DNA of 64,000 bases from the NCBI GenBank assembly GCA_963727485.1, contig CAVSGM010000002.1, positions 1,024,001-1,088,000 on the forward strand, in the 5' to 3' direction. The stretch's first letter is position 1, and each line of letters starts with the position of its first letter. Below are positions 1 through 11,300 of this stretch, piece after piece. A model generated the notes under the pieces. The model saw only the letters and a program-made list of their open reading frames with translations. It had not been told where the DNA came from and ran no database searches. The stretch comes from an uncultured delta proteobacterium. Lineage in GTDB: Bacteria; Myxococcota; Myxococcia; SLRQ01. The position numbers and the translations under genes are program-made.

Positions 1-588
1 GTGCTTCGGCGAGACCCCCGAGTCGAGGAGCGAGCGGACCACCAGGTTGGCGTGGGGCTCCCGCGGGGTGCCGTCGGGGGCGTTGCCCTCGAAGACCGGG
101 AAGGTCTTGCCGTCGAGGGTCTTCACCGTCGCCTGGGAGAGGATGGCGTCGATGGCGAGGCGCCCGTCCTCGAGGCGCACCTTGGGGCCGAGGGCGAGGA
201 TCCCGTGGCAGAGGGCCCAGGGGTTCTTGGGGTCCTTGAAGGCCCAGACGCGGACGTGGTGCTTCAGGCGGGCGAGGAGGTGCTCGAGAGCGGCGCGGCT
301 CGGGGCGGCCTTCGCCGGGGCGGCGGGCGCGGTACCGGCGCCTTCGCCGGGGCCGCGCTCGCGGGTGGCCTTGGGGGGCACGGGCGGTGCCTTCGCCGGG
401 GCCGCCGGGGCCGCCGGCGTGCCCCCGCTGGGGCCGCCCTTGGCGACCGGCGCGGCGGGCGCGGCCGCGCCGGTGCTGGCGCCGCCGCTGGGGCTCCCGG
501 CCTCGGCGTCACCGCTCCCGTGGCAGCCGGCGAGGGCGAGGACGCCGGCGAGGACACCGGCGAGGATCGGGACGCTGGATCGCGCCAT
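1..588 (-). CDS. Putative lipoprotein, partial (runs off the window start)
   Basis: Read by hand because it is missing from the ORF track. ATG at 588 overlaps the pdxA stop (TGATG). MARSSVPILAGVLAGVLALAGC is a signal peptide with a LAGC lipobox, followed by an Ala/Pro linker and a globular region (KDPKNPWALCHGILALG); open to position 1. Confidence 0.7.
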   Translation of the reverse strand, partial: MARSSVPILAGVLAGVLALAGCHGSGDAEAGSPSGGASTGAAAPAAPVAKGGPSGGTPAAPAAPAKAPPVPPKATRERGPGEGAGTAPAAPAKAAPSRAALEHLLARLKHHVRVWAFKDPKNPWALCHGILALGPKVRLEDGRLAIDAILSQATVKTLDGKTFPVFEGNAPDGTPREPHANLVVRSLLDSGVSPKH

Positions 589-1592
589 CACGCCTCCTTC
601 TTGGCGGGCCCGGCGAGGCGCGCGGCCATCGCCAGCGAGGCGATCATCGCCCCGGGCCGGGCCACCCCCTGCCCGGCGATGTCGAGGGCCGAGCCGTGAT
701 CGGGGCTGGTCCGCGGGTGGGGCAGCCCCAGGGTCACGTTCACCGCCTCGTCGAAGTGCAGGGCCTTCACCGGCCCCAGGCCCTGGTCGTGGTACATGGC
801 GATGACCACGTCGTGGTCCCCGCGCACCGCCCGGGCCATGGCGGCGTCGGCGGCCACCGGGCCCACCACGTCGAGCCCCTCCCGGGCGAGCCGCGCCACC
901 GCCGGGGCGATGACCTCGGCGTCCTCGGAGCCGAAGTGCCCACCCTCCCCGGCGTGGGGGTTGAGGCCGCAGACCGCGATCCGGGGCCGGGGCACGGCGA
1001 ACCAGTCCCCCAGGGCCCGGTGGGCCAGCCGGGTCACCTCCACCACCCCGTCCTCGGTGACCGCGTCGGGGACCGCGCGCAGGGCGAGGTGGGTGGTCAC
1101 CAGGACCACCCGGAGCTTCGGGCCGGCGAGCATCATCGCCACCCGGGGCACCCCGAAGCGCGCCGCGAGGAGCTCGGTGTGCCCGGAGAAGGTCACCCCC
1201 AGGGAGGCGATGGCGCTCTTGGTCACCGGGGCGGTGGTCAGGGCCACCGCGTCCCCCCGGTGGAGCCCCTCGATCGCCGCCTCGAGGTAGGCGAGCTGGG
1301 CCCGGGCCGAGGCCTCGGTCCCCCCGCCCGCGGGCGCCGCCGCCTCGCCGAGGTCGGTGACCGGCACCAGGCCCCCGTCCGGGCCCGGGGGCGCCCCGTG
1401 GCCCAGGACCGCAAGCCCCGGGTCGACCCCGACCAGCGCCACCGCCCGGCGCCACACCGAGGGGTCGCCGTAGACCACCGGGGTGAGCACCGCCCGGATC
1501 GCCGGATCGGCCAGCGCCCGCACCGTGACCTCCGGCCCGATGCCGCAGGGATCGCCGAGGCTCACCGCCACCCGGGGCCGCGCGCCGCTCAT
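588..1592 (-). CDS. pdxA: 4-hydroxythreonine-4-phosphate dehydrogenase
   Basis: Motifs GDPCGIGPEV, TAPVTK, GHTELLA, GLNPHAGE, MYHDQGL and TLGLP..RTSPDHGSA. The start overlaps the surA stop (ATGA). The fusion with surA in the ORF track results from the surA frameshift. Confidence 0.95.
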   Translation of the reverse strand: MSGARPRVAVSLGDPCGIGPEVTVRALADPAIRAVLTPVVYGDPSVWRRAVALVGVDPGLAVLGHGAPPGPDGGLVPVTDLGEAAAPAGGGTEASARAQLAYLEAAIEGLHRGDAVALTTAPVTKSAIASLGVTFSGHTELLAARFGVPRVAMMLAGPKLRVVLVTTHLALRAVPDAVTEDGVVEVTRLAHRALGDWFAVPRPRIAVCGLNPHAGEGGHFGSEDAEVIAPAVARLAREGLDVVGPVAADAAMARAVRGDHDVVIAMYHDQGLGPVKALHFDEAVNVTLGLPHPRTSPDHGSALDIAGQGVARPGAMIASLAMAARLAGPAKKEA

Positions 1593-2573
1593 CCCTTCAG
1601 GTCCTTGACCTTGACCTCGATCACCGCCTTGCGCCGGAGCGCCTCGAGGTAGCGGTGGGTCTCCTTCTGGAGCGCCTGCTGGGTGAGCACCTGGCGGGCC
1701 TGCTCCACCTTCTGCTTCTCGTCGGAGGAGGTCTTGAGGCGGGTGGCCTCGACCTGGATCACGTGCCAGCCGAAGCGGGTGCGCACCGGCCCGGTGACCT
1801 GCCCGGGCTTGGTGGCGTAGGCGGCCTTCTCGAAGGCGGGGAGCATGTCGCCCTTGCCGAACCAGCCCAGATCGCCGCCGTCCTTGGCGGTCCCGGGATC
1901 CTGGCTCGACCTCCCGGGCCACCTTGGCGAACTTCTCGCCGCCCCGGGTCACCCGCTGCATCGCCTTGACCGCCTTCTCCCGCGCCGCCTCGACCACCTT
2001 GGGGCTGGCACCCTTGGGCACCCGGATGAGGATGTGCCGGGCCCGGATCTCCATGGCCCCCTGGGCCTCGCCGTGCTGCTTGAGGTAGCTCTGGATGTCC
2101 TCGGCGCTCACGGTGATGCGCTCCTGGACCTCGGTGCGCATCAGCTTGTAGCGGGCGAGCTGCTTCTCCAGCCGCTTGCGGTAGCCCTTCCAGGTGAAGC
2201 CCTGGCCGGTGAGCGCCTGCTTGAACTGGTCGAGGGTCATCCCGTTCTGCTGGCGCACCTGCTCGATGGCCCGATCCACGTCGTCGGGGGTGACCTCGAT
2301 GTTCTTGGCCTCGAGCTCGCTCTGGATGAGCTGCTCGTCCTCGAGATCCTTCAGGGCCTGGCGCTCGGTGGCCCGGCGCTTGTCCGGGGTGGCGGTCCCG
2401 CCTGCGACCCGGTCGAGGATCTCCTGGGTGTGCTTCTCCACCTGGGAGAGGGTGATGACCTTGCCGTTGACCACCGCGGCGATGCGGTCGACGAGGACGT
2501 CGGCCCGGGCGGCGTGGGAGGCCCCGAGGGCGAGGACGGCAGCGAGGAGGAGGGACAGACGTCGCACGTTCAT
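1589..2573 (-). CDS. surA: SurA-like periplasmic chaperone/PPIase (frameshift near 1907)
   Basis: Signal peptide, VDRIAAVVNGKVIT N-domain and rotamase ARHILI; continues in another frame as SQDPGTAKDGGDLGWF...FGWHVIQV. Directly upstream of pdxA. Confidence 0.88.
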
Positions 2574-3532
2574 CTCACTTTCGCGAGGGCCTTCTCGTCG
2601 ATGACGATGTGGGCCGACTTCTTGAGCTTCGCGAGGTAGGCATCCTGGGCCGCCTGCTCCTTCTGGCGGCGCAGCTCGCCTTCGATCTTCTGCTTCAGGG
2701 CGTCGTCGAGGTCCGGCTCCTGGGCCGCCTTGCGCTCGAGCACCTTGAAGAGGTGGTAGCCATAGGGGCTCTCCACGACCCCGGACAGACGCCCCACCGG
2801 CAGGGAGAAGCAGGCGTCGGCGATGGGCGCGGGCATCTGGTCGTGGGAGAACCAGCCGAGGTCGCCGCCCTTGGCCCCCTCGGGTCCCAGGGAGTACTTG
2901 CGGGCGAGGTCGGCGAACTTCTGGTGGTGCCTGAGCGCCTTGAGCAGGCGCCCCGCCTCCTCCTGGGTCTTCACCACGATCTGGAGGCAGTGGACCCGCG
3001 CCGGCTCCTGGTAGCGCTTGGGGTGGGCGTCGTAGGCCGCCTTGACCTCGGCGGCGGTGACCGCCACCCGGGCGTTGACCTGGTCGGCGAGGAGGTGGCG
3101 GATGACCAGCTGCCGGTGGATCTCCCGCTTGAGCTCCGAGAGGGGGATGCCCTTGTCGGCGAGGTAGGCCTCGAAGGAGTGGCCCGGGTAGTCGGCGCGC
3201 ATCCGGAGCAGCGCCCGCTGGACCTCGTCCTCGCCGGCGTCGATGTGGTGCTTGCGGGCCGCCTGGAGGAGCAGGGTCTGGTGGATGCGCTGGTCGAGGA
3301 AGCGCTGGCGGACCTTGTCGAGCTCCTGCTCCGAGCGCAGGGCGAGCGACCCCCCGTCGTCCTTGACCCGGGCGAGATCCCGGGCCACCTCGGCGGCGGT
3401 GATGGCCTCACCGTTCACCCGGGCCACCACCGGCGGCGCCGGCGGGGCCGGGGCCTTCTCCACCGAGCACCCGGCGAGGAGGATCGCCCCCGCCGCCAGG
3501 GGGCCGAGGACGCGGTGACCGAGACGAGGCAT
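2570..3532 (-). CDS. Parvulin-type peptidyl-prolyl isomerase lipoprotein (PrsA/SurA-like)
   Basis: LLAGC lipobox, VARVNGEAIT, GGDLGWF, SPYGYHLFKV. Confidence 0.88.
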   Translation of the reverse strand: MPRLGHRVLGPLAAGAILLAGCSVEKAPAPPAPPVVARVNGEAITAAEVARDLARVKDDGGSLALRSEQELDKVRQRFLDQRIHQTLLLQAARKHHIDAGEDEVQRALLRMRADYPGHSFEAYLADKGIPLSELKREIHRQLVIRHLLADQVNARVAVTAAEVKAAYDAHPKRYQEPARVHCLQIVVKTQEEAGRLLKALRHHQKFADLARKYSLGPEGAKGGDLGWFSHDQMPAPIADACFSLPVGRLSGVVESPYGYHLFKVLERKAAQEPDLDDALKQKIEGELRRQKEQAAQDAYLAKLKKSAHIVIDEKALAKVR

Positions 3533-4564
3533 CAGTGCCCGTGGGCGCCCATCGGCATCCCGTGAGGCGAGAGCATCCCCTGATGCCCGACGCCCGAGGT
3601 GCCGAGATCGACCTTCTTCAGCTCGTCGTCGTAGACCTTCACCCCGGTGTCCTTGCGCAGCTTGGCCACGAAGTCCTCGTAGCGCTGGCGCCGGTCGGTC
3701 TGGCGGATCCGGGCCTCGATGTTGGCCTTCACCTCGCCGAGGGTCCGGTTGAGGGGCGCCTCCCGGCCGGTGAGCCGGAGGATGTGGTAGCCCTTGGCCC
3801 CCTTCACCAGCCCGGAGATATCGCCCACCTTCTTCATGGCGAAGGCGGCCTCGGCCAGGGGCGCGCTCCACTTCTGGGTGAGCTCGGCCTTGGAGAGGTA
3901 GAGGAGGTCGCCGCCCACCGCCCGGGTGGCCACGTCGTCGCTCTTCTCCCGGGCGATGGTCTGGAAGGCCCGGGGATCGGCCTTCTGGGCGCGGACCTCC
4001 TTGAGGAGCTTCTCGGCCTGCTTCCGGGCGGCGGCCACGCTCTTGGCGTCACCGCTCTTGAAGGCCACGAAGATGTGCGCCACCCGCACCCGCTCGGGCT
4101 TCACGTAGTCGGTCTTGTGGGCGTCGTAGAAGGCCTTGAGCTTGGGCAGCGGAGATCGGCTGATCCTGGCCGGGCCGGAACTGCTTGGCGATGAGCTTCT
4201 GCACCATGACCTTCTTGAGGGTCTCCTGGACGTCGGGGTCCTGGTCCAGGCCCTCCTTCTTCGCCTCCTGCGCCAACAGCTCGAAGCGGATCATGTTGTC
4301 GAGGAACTCCTTCTTGCGCGCCACCGTGTTGTAGCGGGCCCGGAGGAACGGGCTCTGGCGGTCGAGGGCCTTGCGGAACTGCGCCACGGTGATGACGTCG
4401 CTGCCCACCTTGGCCAGGGGCGTGCCCTTGGCCGGCGTGGCGGCGGTGGTGGCGCCGCTGGTGGTGCTGGTGCCGGCCGCCGAGGAGCCGGCCTTCTGGC
4501 AGGCGGGGACGGCGAGGAGGAGCGCGAGGGGGAGGAGGCGCGAGGCGAAGGACCTGGCAGGCAT
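3532..4564 (-). CDS. Parvulin-type PPIase lipoprotein (frameshift near 4145)
   Basis: AVPAC lipobox and LAKVGSDVIT...FELLAQEA; continues in another frame as KLKAFYDAHKTDYVKPERVRVAHIF, GGDLLY, KGYHILRL. Confidence 0.85.
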
Positions 4565-4682
4565 GTCTGGCTCCGTGATTGGGGGGCGTCCGGGGGGCCT
4601 CAACCGCCGGCGAAAGCGTGATGTTCCCGGGGCTTGGAGGGCCCTTTACAGCACAGGCCCGCAGGCCGGGCAAGCGGCCCGG

Positions 4683-4740
4683 CGGCCCGCCCGACGGCCC
4701 GCCCGACGGCCCGCCCGACGGCCCGCCCGGGGACCCGCCC
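4683..4740. repeat. 12-bp tandem repeat (CGGCCCGCCCGA) x4 plus a degenerate fifth copy
   Basis: Read directly: units start at 4683, 4695, 4707 and 4719 (the last has a terminal mismatch), in the mfd-PPIase intergenic region. Confidence 0.9.
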
Positions 4741-7700
4741 TCAGCCCGGCTCGGCGCAGGCCTCGAGCTCGTCGAGGAGGTGGCGGGCGGCGCCGAGGTA
4801 CTCGGCCCCGGCGATCCCCCGGGGCAGGGTGTTGACCAGCTTGAGCTCGGGGGTCATCCGCAGCCGCCCGGTCGCCTGGGCCGCGGCCACCCGCTCGGCG
4901 AGCCTCAGCCCGTCGAGGCGCGCGTCCTGGCCCAGGGTGACCACCAGCCGCCCGGGCCCGGCGTCCAGGGCCCGGAGCCGCAGGACGGCGAGGCGCTGCT
5001 TGACCGCCATCAGCTCCAGGAGGTGGTCCACCTCCTCGGGCACCTGGCCGAAGCGATCCACCAGCTCCACCCGCAGGTCCTCGAGGTCGGCCTGGCCCTC
5101 GGCGTGGGAGAAGCGCTTGTAGAGGTCGAGGCGCTGGTGGACGTCGGGGACGTAGTCGTCGGGGATGAACGCCGGGACCGGGAGGTTGACCTCGGGCTCG
5201 TAGACCTCCCGGGGCGGCTCGCCCTTGAGCTCGGCCACCGCGTCCTCGAGCATCTGGGCGTAGAGGTCGAAGCCCACCGCGGCCAGCGTCCCGCTCTGCT
5301 CCTTGCCCAGGAGGCTCCCGGCCCCGCGCAGCTCCAGGTCGTGGCTCGCCAGGCGCAGCCCCGAGCCCAGCTCGGTGAGCTGCTGGAGCACCGAGAGCCG
5401 CTGGCGCGCCTCCCGGGTGATGGGCCGGCGCGCCGGGACCAGCAGGTAGCAGTAGGCCCGCTCGGCGCTGCGCCCCACCCGCCCCCGGAGCTGGTAGAGC
5501 TGGGCGAGGCCGAACATGTCCGCCCGGTCGATGATGATGGTGTTCACCGTGGGGATGTCCAGGCCCGACTCGATGATGGCGCTGGAGAGCAGCACGTCCG
5601 CCTCCCGGGAGACGAAGGCCTGCATCGCCCGCTCCAGGTGGTGCTCGGGCATCTGCCCGTGGGCCACCACCATCCTGAGGTCCGGCATCAGCCGCTTCAG
5701 GTAGCGGGCCACCCCGCCGATGGACTGCACCCGGTTGTGGACCACGAACACCTGCCCGCCCCGGGCGAGCTCCCGCTCGATGGCCTCCTGGATCACCGCC
5801 CCGTCGAAGCGGGCGACGAAGGTCCGCACCGCCCGCCGGTCCTGGGGCGCGGTGGCGATGATCGACAGATCGCGGATCCCCGAGAGCGAGAGGTGGAGGG
5901 TCCGGGGGATGGGGGTGGCGGTGAGGGTGAGGACGTCGACCTGGCGCCGGAGCTTCTTGAGGGCCTCCTTCTGCTTCACCCCGAAGCGCTGCTCCTCGTC
6001 GACCACCAGGAGCCCCAGGTCGTGGAAGCTCACGTCCCGGGAGAGCAGCCGGTGGGTGCCGATGAGGATGTCGACCTTCCCCTCGGCGACGCGCCCCAGC
6101 ACCGCCTTCACCTCCCGGGGAGAGCGGAAGCGCGAGAGGCTCTCCACGGTCACCGGGTAGCCGGCGAACCGGGCGGCGAAGGTGCGCGCGTGCTGCACCG
6201 CCAGCACCGTGGTGGGCACCAGCACCGCCACCTGCTTCCCGTCCTGGACGGCCTTCATCGCCGCCCGCATCGCCACCTCGGTCTTGCCGAAGCCCACGTC
6301 GCCGCAGACCAGGCGGTCCATGGGCTCGGGCCGCTGCATGTCGGCCAGGGTGGCCTCGATGGCCTCGGCCTGGTCGGTGGTCTCCTCGTAGGGGAACTCG
6401 GCCTCGAACTCCCGGAAGTAGGCGTCCGGCGCCGAGAACGCCGTCCCCGGGTGGGCCTTGCGGGCGGCGTAGATGTCGAGGAGCTCGGCGGCCATCTTCA
6501 GCAGCTCCTCCTTCACCTTCTTCTTGCGGACGGCGAAGGCCTGGCTCCCGAGGCGGTCGAGGCGCACGTGCGCCGGGTCGCCGCCCACGTACTTCTGCAC
6601 CTGCCCCAGGCGGTGGACCGGGAGGTAGATCTTGTCCTTGCCCGCGTACTCGACGACCAGGAAGTCGCCCTCGACGCCCCGGAGGTTCAGGCGGGTGAGC
6701 CCGGCGTAGCGGCCGATGCCGTGCTCCACGTGGACCACCAGGTCGCCCTCGGAGAGCTCCCGGAAGGCGCTGGCCAGGGCCGCCTCGTCGGTGATCCGGC
6801 GCGCCCCACGCCGCCGCCGCCGCGTGGGCGGCGCCCCGAGGACGTCGGCCTCCGCGAGGAGCACCACCTGGCTCGACGGATCCACGAAGCCGGTGTCGAG
6901 GTCGCCCACCACCAGGTGCGCCCCCACCGCCGGGTCGTAGAGCTCGGCGGCGCGGGTGAGGTCCGGGAGGGGATCGTGGCGGCGCACCATCACCCGGCGG
7001 TCCATGAGGAGGCGGGCGACGCGGTCGGCCTGCCCGGCGCTGGCGCAGGCGAGGACCGAGCTCAGCCCCCGCTCCCGCCACTCGGCGAGGTGGTGGACCA
7101 GGGGGGTCAGCGCCCCGTCCTCGCCGTGGTGGTCGAGGATCTCCTGGCGGAGGAACGCGGTGGGGGCGAGGTTCAGGGCCAGGGACCGGGTCGCGGCCCC
7201 CTCGACCAGGAGCGGGGCGTGGGCCACCACCGGCACCGTCGCCAGCACCTCCAGCGCCGCCTCGGGATCGAGGTAGTGGCGCCCGGCGGGGAAGGCGAGC
7301 TCGCCCCGCCCCCGCGCCGCCTCGAACTCGTCCTCGGCCCGCTCGAAGAGCCCGCCCACCGCCTCGGCCACCGCCTCGGGATCCTCGACGTAGGCCAGCC
7401 GCACCCCCTCGAGGTAGTCGGCCAGCGGCGAGAGGGGCACGTCGAAGAACCCGGGGAGCAGCGCCTCCACCCCGAACGCCGCCCGCCCCTGCTCGATGTC
7501 GTCGACCAGGCTGCGCAGCTGGCGGGTGGGGCGGCCCACCTCGGCGGCGAGCTCCCGGGCGGCCAGGGTGGCGAGGCGGATGGTCTCGGGAGTGAACAGG
7601 GTCTCCCGCGCCGGGGCCAGGTGGAGGCGCGCGGTCTCGCCGGTGGTCCGCTGGGTCTCGGGATCGAAGAAGCGGATGGACTCGATCTCGTCGCCGAAGA

Positions 7701-8328
7701 GCTCGAGGCGCGCCGGGGCGTCGTAGAGGGGGCTGAACACGTCCACCAGGCCCCCGCGGACGCTGAAGGTCCCCGGGTCCTCCACCAGCGGCACGTGCTG
7801 GTAGCCGGCCAGCGCCAGGTCCCGGGCGAGCTGGTCCCGGTCGCAGGCCCCCCCGGCGGCGACCGAGTGCCCGTGGGCGTCGATCGACCCCACCGGGAGG
7901 AGGCGCTGGGCCAGGCCCCGGGCCCCCACCACCACCGCGCGCATGCCCTCGCCCCGGCGCAGATGGAAGAGGGCCCCGAGGCGGGCGAGCACCGTGCCCC
8001 GGTCCGGCGAGAGGTCGTCGTAGGGGAGGATCTCGTCGGCGGGGAGCCGGACCACCTGGGGGTCGTCGCCGGCCGGGGGGCCGAGGGCGCCGGCGAGGAG
8101 GACCTCGAGATCGGCGGCGAGGCGGTCGGCGCGCTTCTCGTCGGGGGCCACCACCAGCGCCGGGCCCGCCCCCTCGCGGATCAGCCCGGCGAGGACGAAG
8201 GGCCCCGCGACCCCGGGGAGCCCGGCGAGATCGAGGCGGTCGCCGGGACCGAGCCCCTCGAGGTGGGCGCGCACCCGCGCCAGGGTCGGCTCGGCGTCAG
8301 GCGCCGCGGCTGTTCGGCGGCCGGGCAT
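4741..8328 (-). CDS. mfd: Transcription-repair coupling factor
   Basis: 1195 aa: UvrB-homology region (FSVRGGLVDVF), RID (VVHVEHGIGRY), helicase motifs GDVGFGKT, DEEQRFG and QLRGRVGR, and a TRCF C-terminal domain. Confidence 0.97.
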   Translation of the reverse strand: MPGRRTAAAPDAEPTLARVRAHLEGLGPGDRLDLAGLPGVAGPFVLAGLIREGAGPALVVAPDEKRADRLAADLEVLLAGALGPPAGDDPQVVRLPADEILPYDDLSPDRGTVLARLGALFHLRRGEGMRAVVVGARGLAQRLLPVGSIDAHGHSVAAGGACDRDQLARDLALAGYQHVPLVEDPGTFSVRGGLVDVFSPLYDAPARLELFGDEIESIRFFDPETQRTTGETARLHLAPARETLFTPETIRLATLAARELAAEVGRPTRQLRSLVDDIEQGRAAFGVEALLPGFFDVPLSPLADYLEGVRLAYVEDPEAVAEAVGGLFERAEDEFEAARGRGELAFPAGRHYLDPEAALEVLATVPVVAHAPLLVEGAATRSLALNLAPTAFLRQEILDHHGEDGALTPLVHHLAEWRERGLSSVLACASAGQADRVARLLMDRRVMVRRHDPLPDLTRAAELYDPAVGAHLVVGDLDTGFVDPSSQVVLLAEADVLGAPPTRRRRRGARRITDEAALASAFRELSEGDLVVHVEHGIGRYAGLTRLNLRGVEGDFLVVEYAGKDKIYLPVHRLGQVQKYVGGDPAHVRLDRLGSQAFAVRKKKVKEELLKMAAELLDIYAARKAHPGTAFSAPDAYFREFEAEFPYEETTDQAEAIEATLADMQRPEPMDRLVCGDVGFGKTEVAMRAAMKAVQDGKQVAVLVPTTVLAVQHARTFAARFAGYPVTVESLSRFRSPREVKAVLGRVAEGKVDILIGTHRLLSRDVSFHDLGLLVVDEEQRFGVKQKEALKKLRRQVDVLTLTATPIPRTLHLSLSGIRDLSIIATAPQDRRAVRTFVARFDGAVIQEAIERELARGGQVFVVHNRVQSIGGVARYLKRLMPDLRMVVAHGQMPEHHLERAMQAFVSREADVLLSSAIIESGLDIPTVNTIIIDRADMFGLAQLYQLRGRVGRSAERAYCYLLVPARRPITREARQRLSVLQQLTELGSGLRLASHDLELRGAGSLLGKEQSGTLAAVGFDLYAQMLEDAVAELKGEPPREVYEPEVNLPVPAFIPDDYVPDVHQRLDLYKRFSHAEGQADLEDLRVELVDRFGQVPEEVDHLLELMAVKQRLAVLRLRALDAGPGRLVVTLGQDARLDGLRLAERVAAAQATGRLRMTPELKLVNTLPRGIAGAEYLGAARHLLDELEACAEPG

Positions 8329-8399
8329 GGGAGGCCGAGACGTAGGGCCGAGCCGGGCGCCCTGTCAATCGCCCCGGGCCGGTGCCCGAGGCCCAGGCG

Positions 8400-11300
8400 C
8401 TACGGGGCGGTGACCGAGTACACCCCGTTCTCGGTGGCGTAGTAGAGGATCCGGCCGCGTCCGTTCCCCTCGTCGAGGACGACCGCGTGGCTGTCGCCGC
8501 CGATGGAGCCCAGGCCCGCCTCGTTCTGGGGGATGAGGACGAAGTCGTCCACGTCCGACTTGTAACGGATCAGCCCCCCCTGGGTGGCGAACCAGGCGTC
8601 GGCGGCGGCCGGATCGGAGGCCCCGCCCCGCACATGCTTGGGGGCGTTGGACGAAAACGTGTGCTGGACGCCGCTCGCCGGGTTCCCCACGTCGGCGATC
8701 AGGATGAACCCGTTTCCATCCGTGCCCAGGAGCATCTCGTCGGCCCCCGAAGCGCCGGTGAAGCCCACCGCGGACCGGACCTTGTCGTCGCCGGAGAGGT
8801 AGCTGTACACCGTGTTGCCGTTGACCGCGGGCGGCACCGGGGTACGGACGACGCCGTCCGGGGAGCTGTCGTGGCTGGCGACCCACAGCTGGGAGGTGGT
8901 GTCGAGGGCGACCGCGGAGAGATCGTGGTCGGGGGTGAGGCTGCCAATCTCGTACTCGGTGAAGCTGTCGTTGCCCGGATCCAGGGCAAAGAGATCGGCG
9001 TCGGTGGCCAGGTAGATGGAGCTGCCGACGACCACCGCGTCCCGGGTCTTCGAGGGGCTGGTGCCGGTCGCGGCCGTGGGGGATCCGGTGTCGCCCAGGT
9101 TGCAGTGGTCGAAGGCCGCCCCCTCCCAATAGGCCGTGATCTGGTCCACCTCGGGACCGTCGTCGTAGGCGAGCCAGAAGTGGCTACCGTCGAAGAACGG
9201 TGCCCGGCCGTTGCTCTTGTTGAGGCAGGGGAGCTGCTGGGTGTCGCCGCCGTGGTGGAACATCTGCCCGCCCCCGCCCTGGGTGGCGATCAGGACGTTG
9301 CCGTTGCCGGGGTCGAGGGCCAGGCCGCGGCTCTTGGCGGCGCTGGTGGTGTTGCGGTAGGGCAGCGCGGCGAAGGCCTCCACGGTGACGCTGGCGGTGG
9401 CGGTGTAGGTCTGGCTCACCGTGGGATCGGTGATGGTCAAGGTGAAGGTGTAGGTCTGGGGATCGTCGCTGTAGAAGTGGACCGCCGTCGGTGGCCCGGT
9501 CTGGTTGACCGAGCCCGCGAAGCTCCCCCAGGGCTCGAACCCGCCTCGGGCCGGCGCCGGGCTCACGGTGTAGCTGACGCTGAGCTGGCGGTTGCAGCTC
9601 GTCGTTCCGGCCGGCGAGAGGCGCACGGTGTCCCAGGGCAGGACGTGGCTGGAGCCGGCCACCGGGCCGATGGCGGCGAGGCTGGCGCTGACGGTGCAGC
9701 TGCTGACGGTGAAGCTGCTGCTGGTGGTGTTGGGCAGTCCGCTGCTGCTGGCCACCAGGGTGTAGGTGCCGGCGGTGTCCACGGTGAGATCGGAGAAGGT
9801 GGCGACGCCGCCCGAGGCGTTGGCGGGGACCGTGCCCGAGAGGATCGCGCCCCCGGCTCCGGGGCCGAGGGCCACGTTGATGCTCGCGGTCGACGTGGTG
9901 ACCAGGTTGCCGTGGGCGTCGCGCACCGAGACCTTCACCGCCGGGGTGATGCGGCCCTTGACGAAGGTGTTGGCCGGCTGGACGTCGAAGGCCAGCGCCG
10001 CCGGCGGCCCCGGGGTCACGGTGAAGGTGGTGCTGCCGCTGGCGCCGGCGACCGAGGCCTGGACGCTGGCGGTCCCGGCGGTGGTGCAGGGCCCGACGTC
10101 GAAGGCGAGCTGGCCCCCGGTGGTGGTCTGGGGGGTGGTGACCTGGCAGCCCGGGCTCGCCGAGACGGTCACCGAGGTGCCGTCGGCGATGGCGTTGCCC
10201 TGGGCGTCGGTGATGACGCCGCTGGTCACGTGGGTGGTGCTGCTGCCGTCGGCGCTCACCGAGCCCGGGGCGGCGGTGAGGCTGATGGTGCCGGTGGCCG
10301 GCCCGGGGTTCAGGGAGACGACGACGGTGCCGAGCTGGGTCCCCGGGAGGTTGTCGGCCACGACGGTCATGGTGCCGGCGATGGTGCCCGCGGTCACCGG
10401 GAAGGAGATCTTCCCCTGGGCGTCGACCTTCACCTGGATCCCGGAGACCCCGCCGTCGGTGTCCACCGAGGTGGCGATGGTGCCGCCGCTGGCGGCGACG
10501 GTGATCTCGGTGTTCGGGGCGACCTGGTTGCCGCAGGTGTCGAGGATCGTGCCGCTGGTGACGGTGGTCTGGGAGCTGCCGTCGGCGGTGAGGCTCGAGG
10601 GCGAGGCGGTGAGGGTCACCGGCGCCGCGGGCTCGGGGGTGGCCATGTTCACCGTGGTGGTCCCGGTGGCGGTCCCGGTCACCGAGGTGGCGGTGACGTG
10701 TGCGGTGCCGGCGCTGCCCGCGGCGGTGAGGGTGAAGCTGATGTTGCCGCCGGTGGTGCGCACCTGGATCCCGGGGCGGCCGGCGTCCTGGTCCTGGGCG
10801 GCGGGGATGGTGCCGAGGTCGGTGGACACCGTGACCTCGGTGCCGTCGGCCACCTTGTTGTTGTTCTGGTCCTTGATCGGCACCGCGGTGGACACGGTGG
10901 ACGAGGCCCCACACCCGGCCGGGAGGCTGGTGGGGCTCGCCGCCAGCGAGATGGTCCCGGACGGCGGACCGGGATCGAGCTGCACCGAGGCGGTGTTGGG
11001 GAAGGGCGCCGAGCCGTCCACGGTGAAGCTGACGGTGGCGGTGCCCGCGGTGATCCCCGCCTGGAGGCTCTGGGTGTACTTGCCGCCGGCGGTGCCGGAC
11101 ACCGAGCCGATCATGCTCCCCAGGGTGGTGGAGATGACCACGGTGTGGCCGCTCAAGAGGTTGCCCGCGGCGTCCTTGAGGGTGACGGTGATCCCGTCGT
11201 GGGTGCTGCCGTCGGCGGGGATCGAGGCCTTGCTGGCGACGATGGTGCTCTGGGTGGTGCTCGGAGGCCCGGCCACGACGCTCACCGGCACCGTGGCGAC

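Noticed and set aside
588..2573. Apparent SurA-PdxA fusion
   Set aside because: Caused by a frameshift near 1907; SurA ends at 1589 and pdxA has its own overlapping start.
4683..4740. Possible CRISPR array
   Set aside because: Contiguous 12-bp units with no spacers, and no cas genes in the window.
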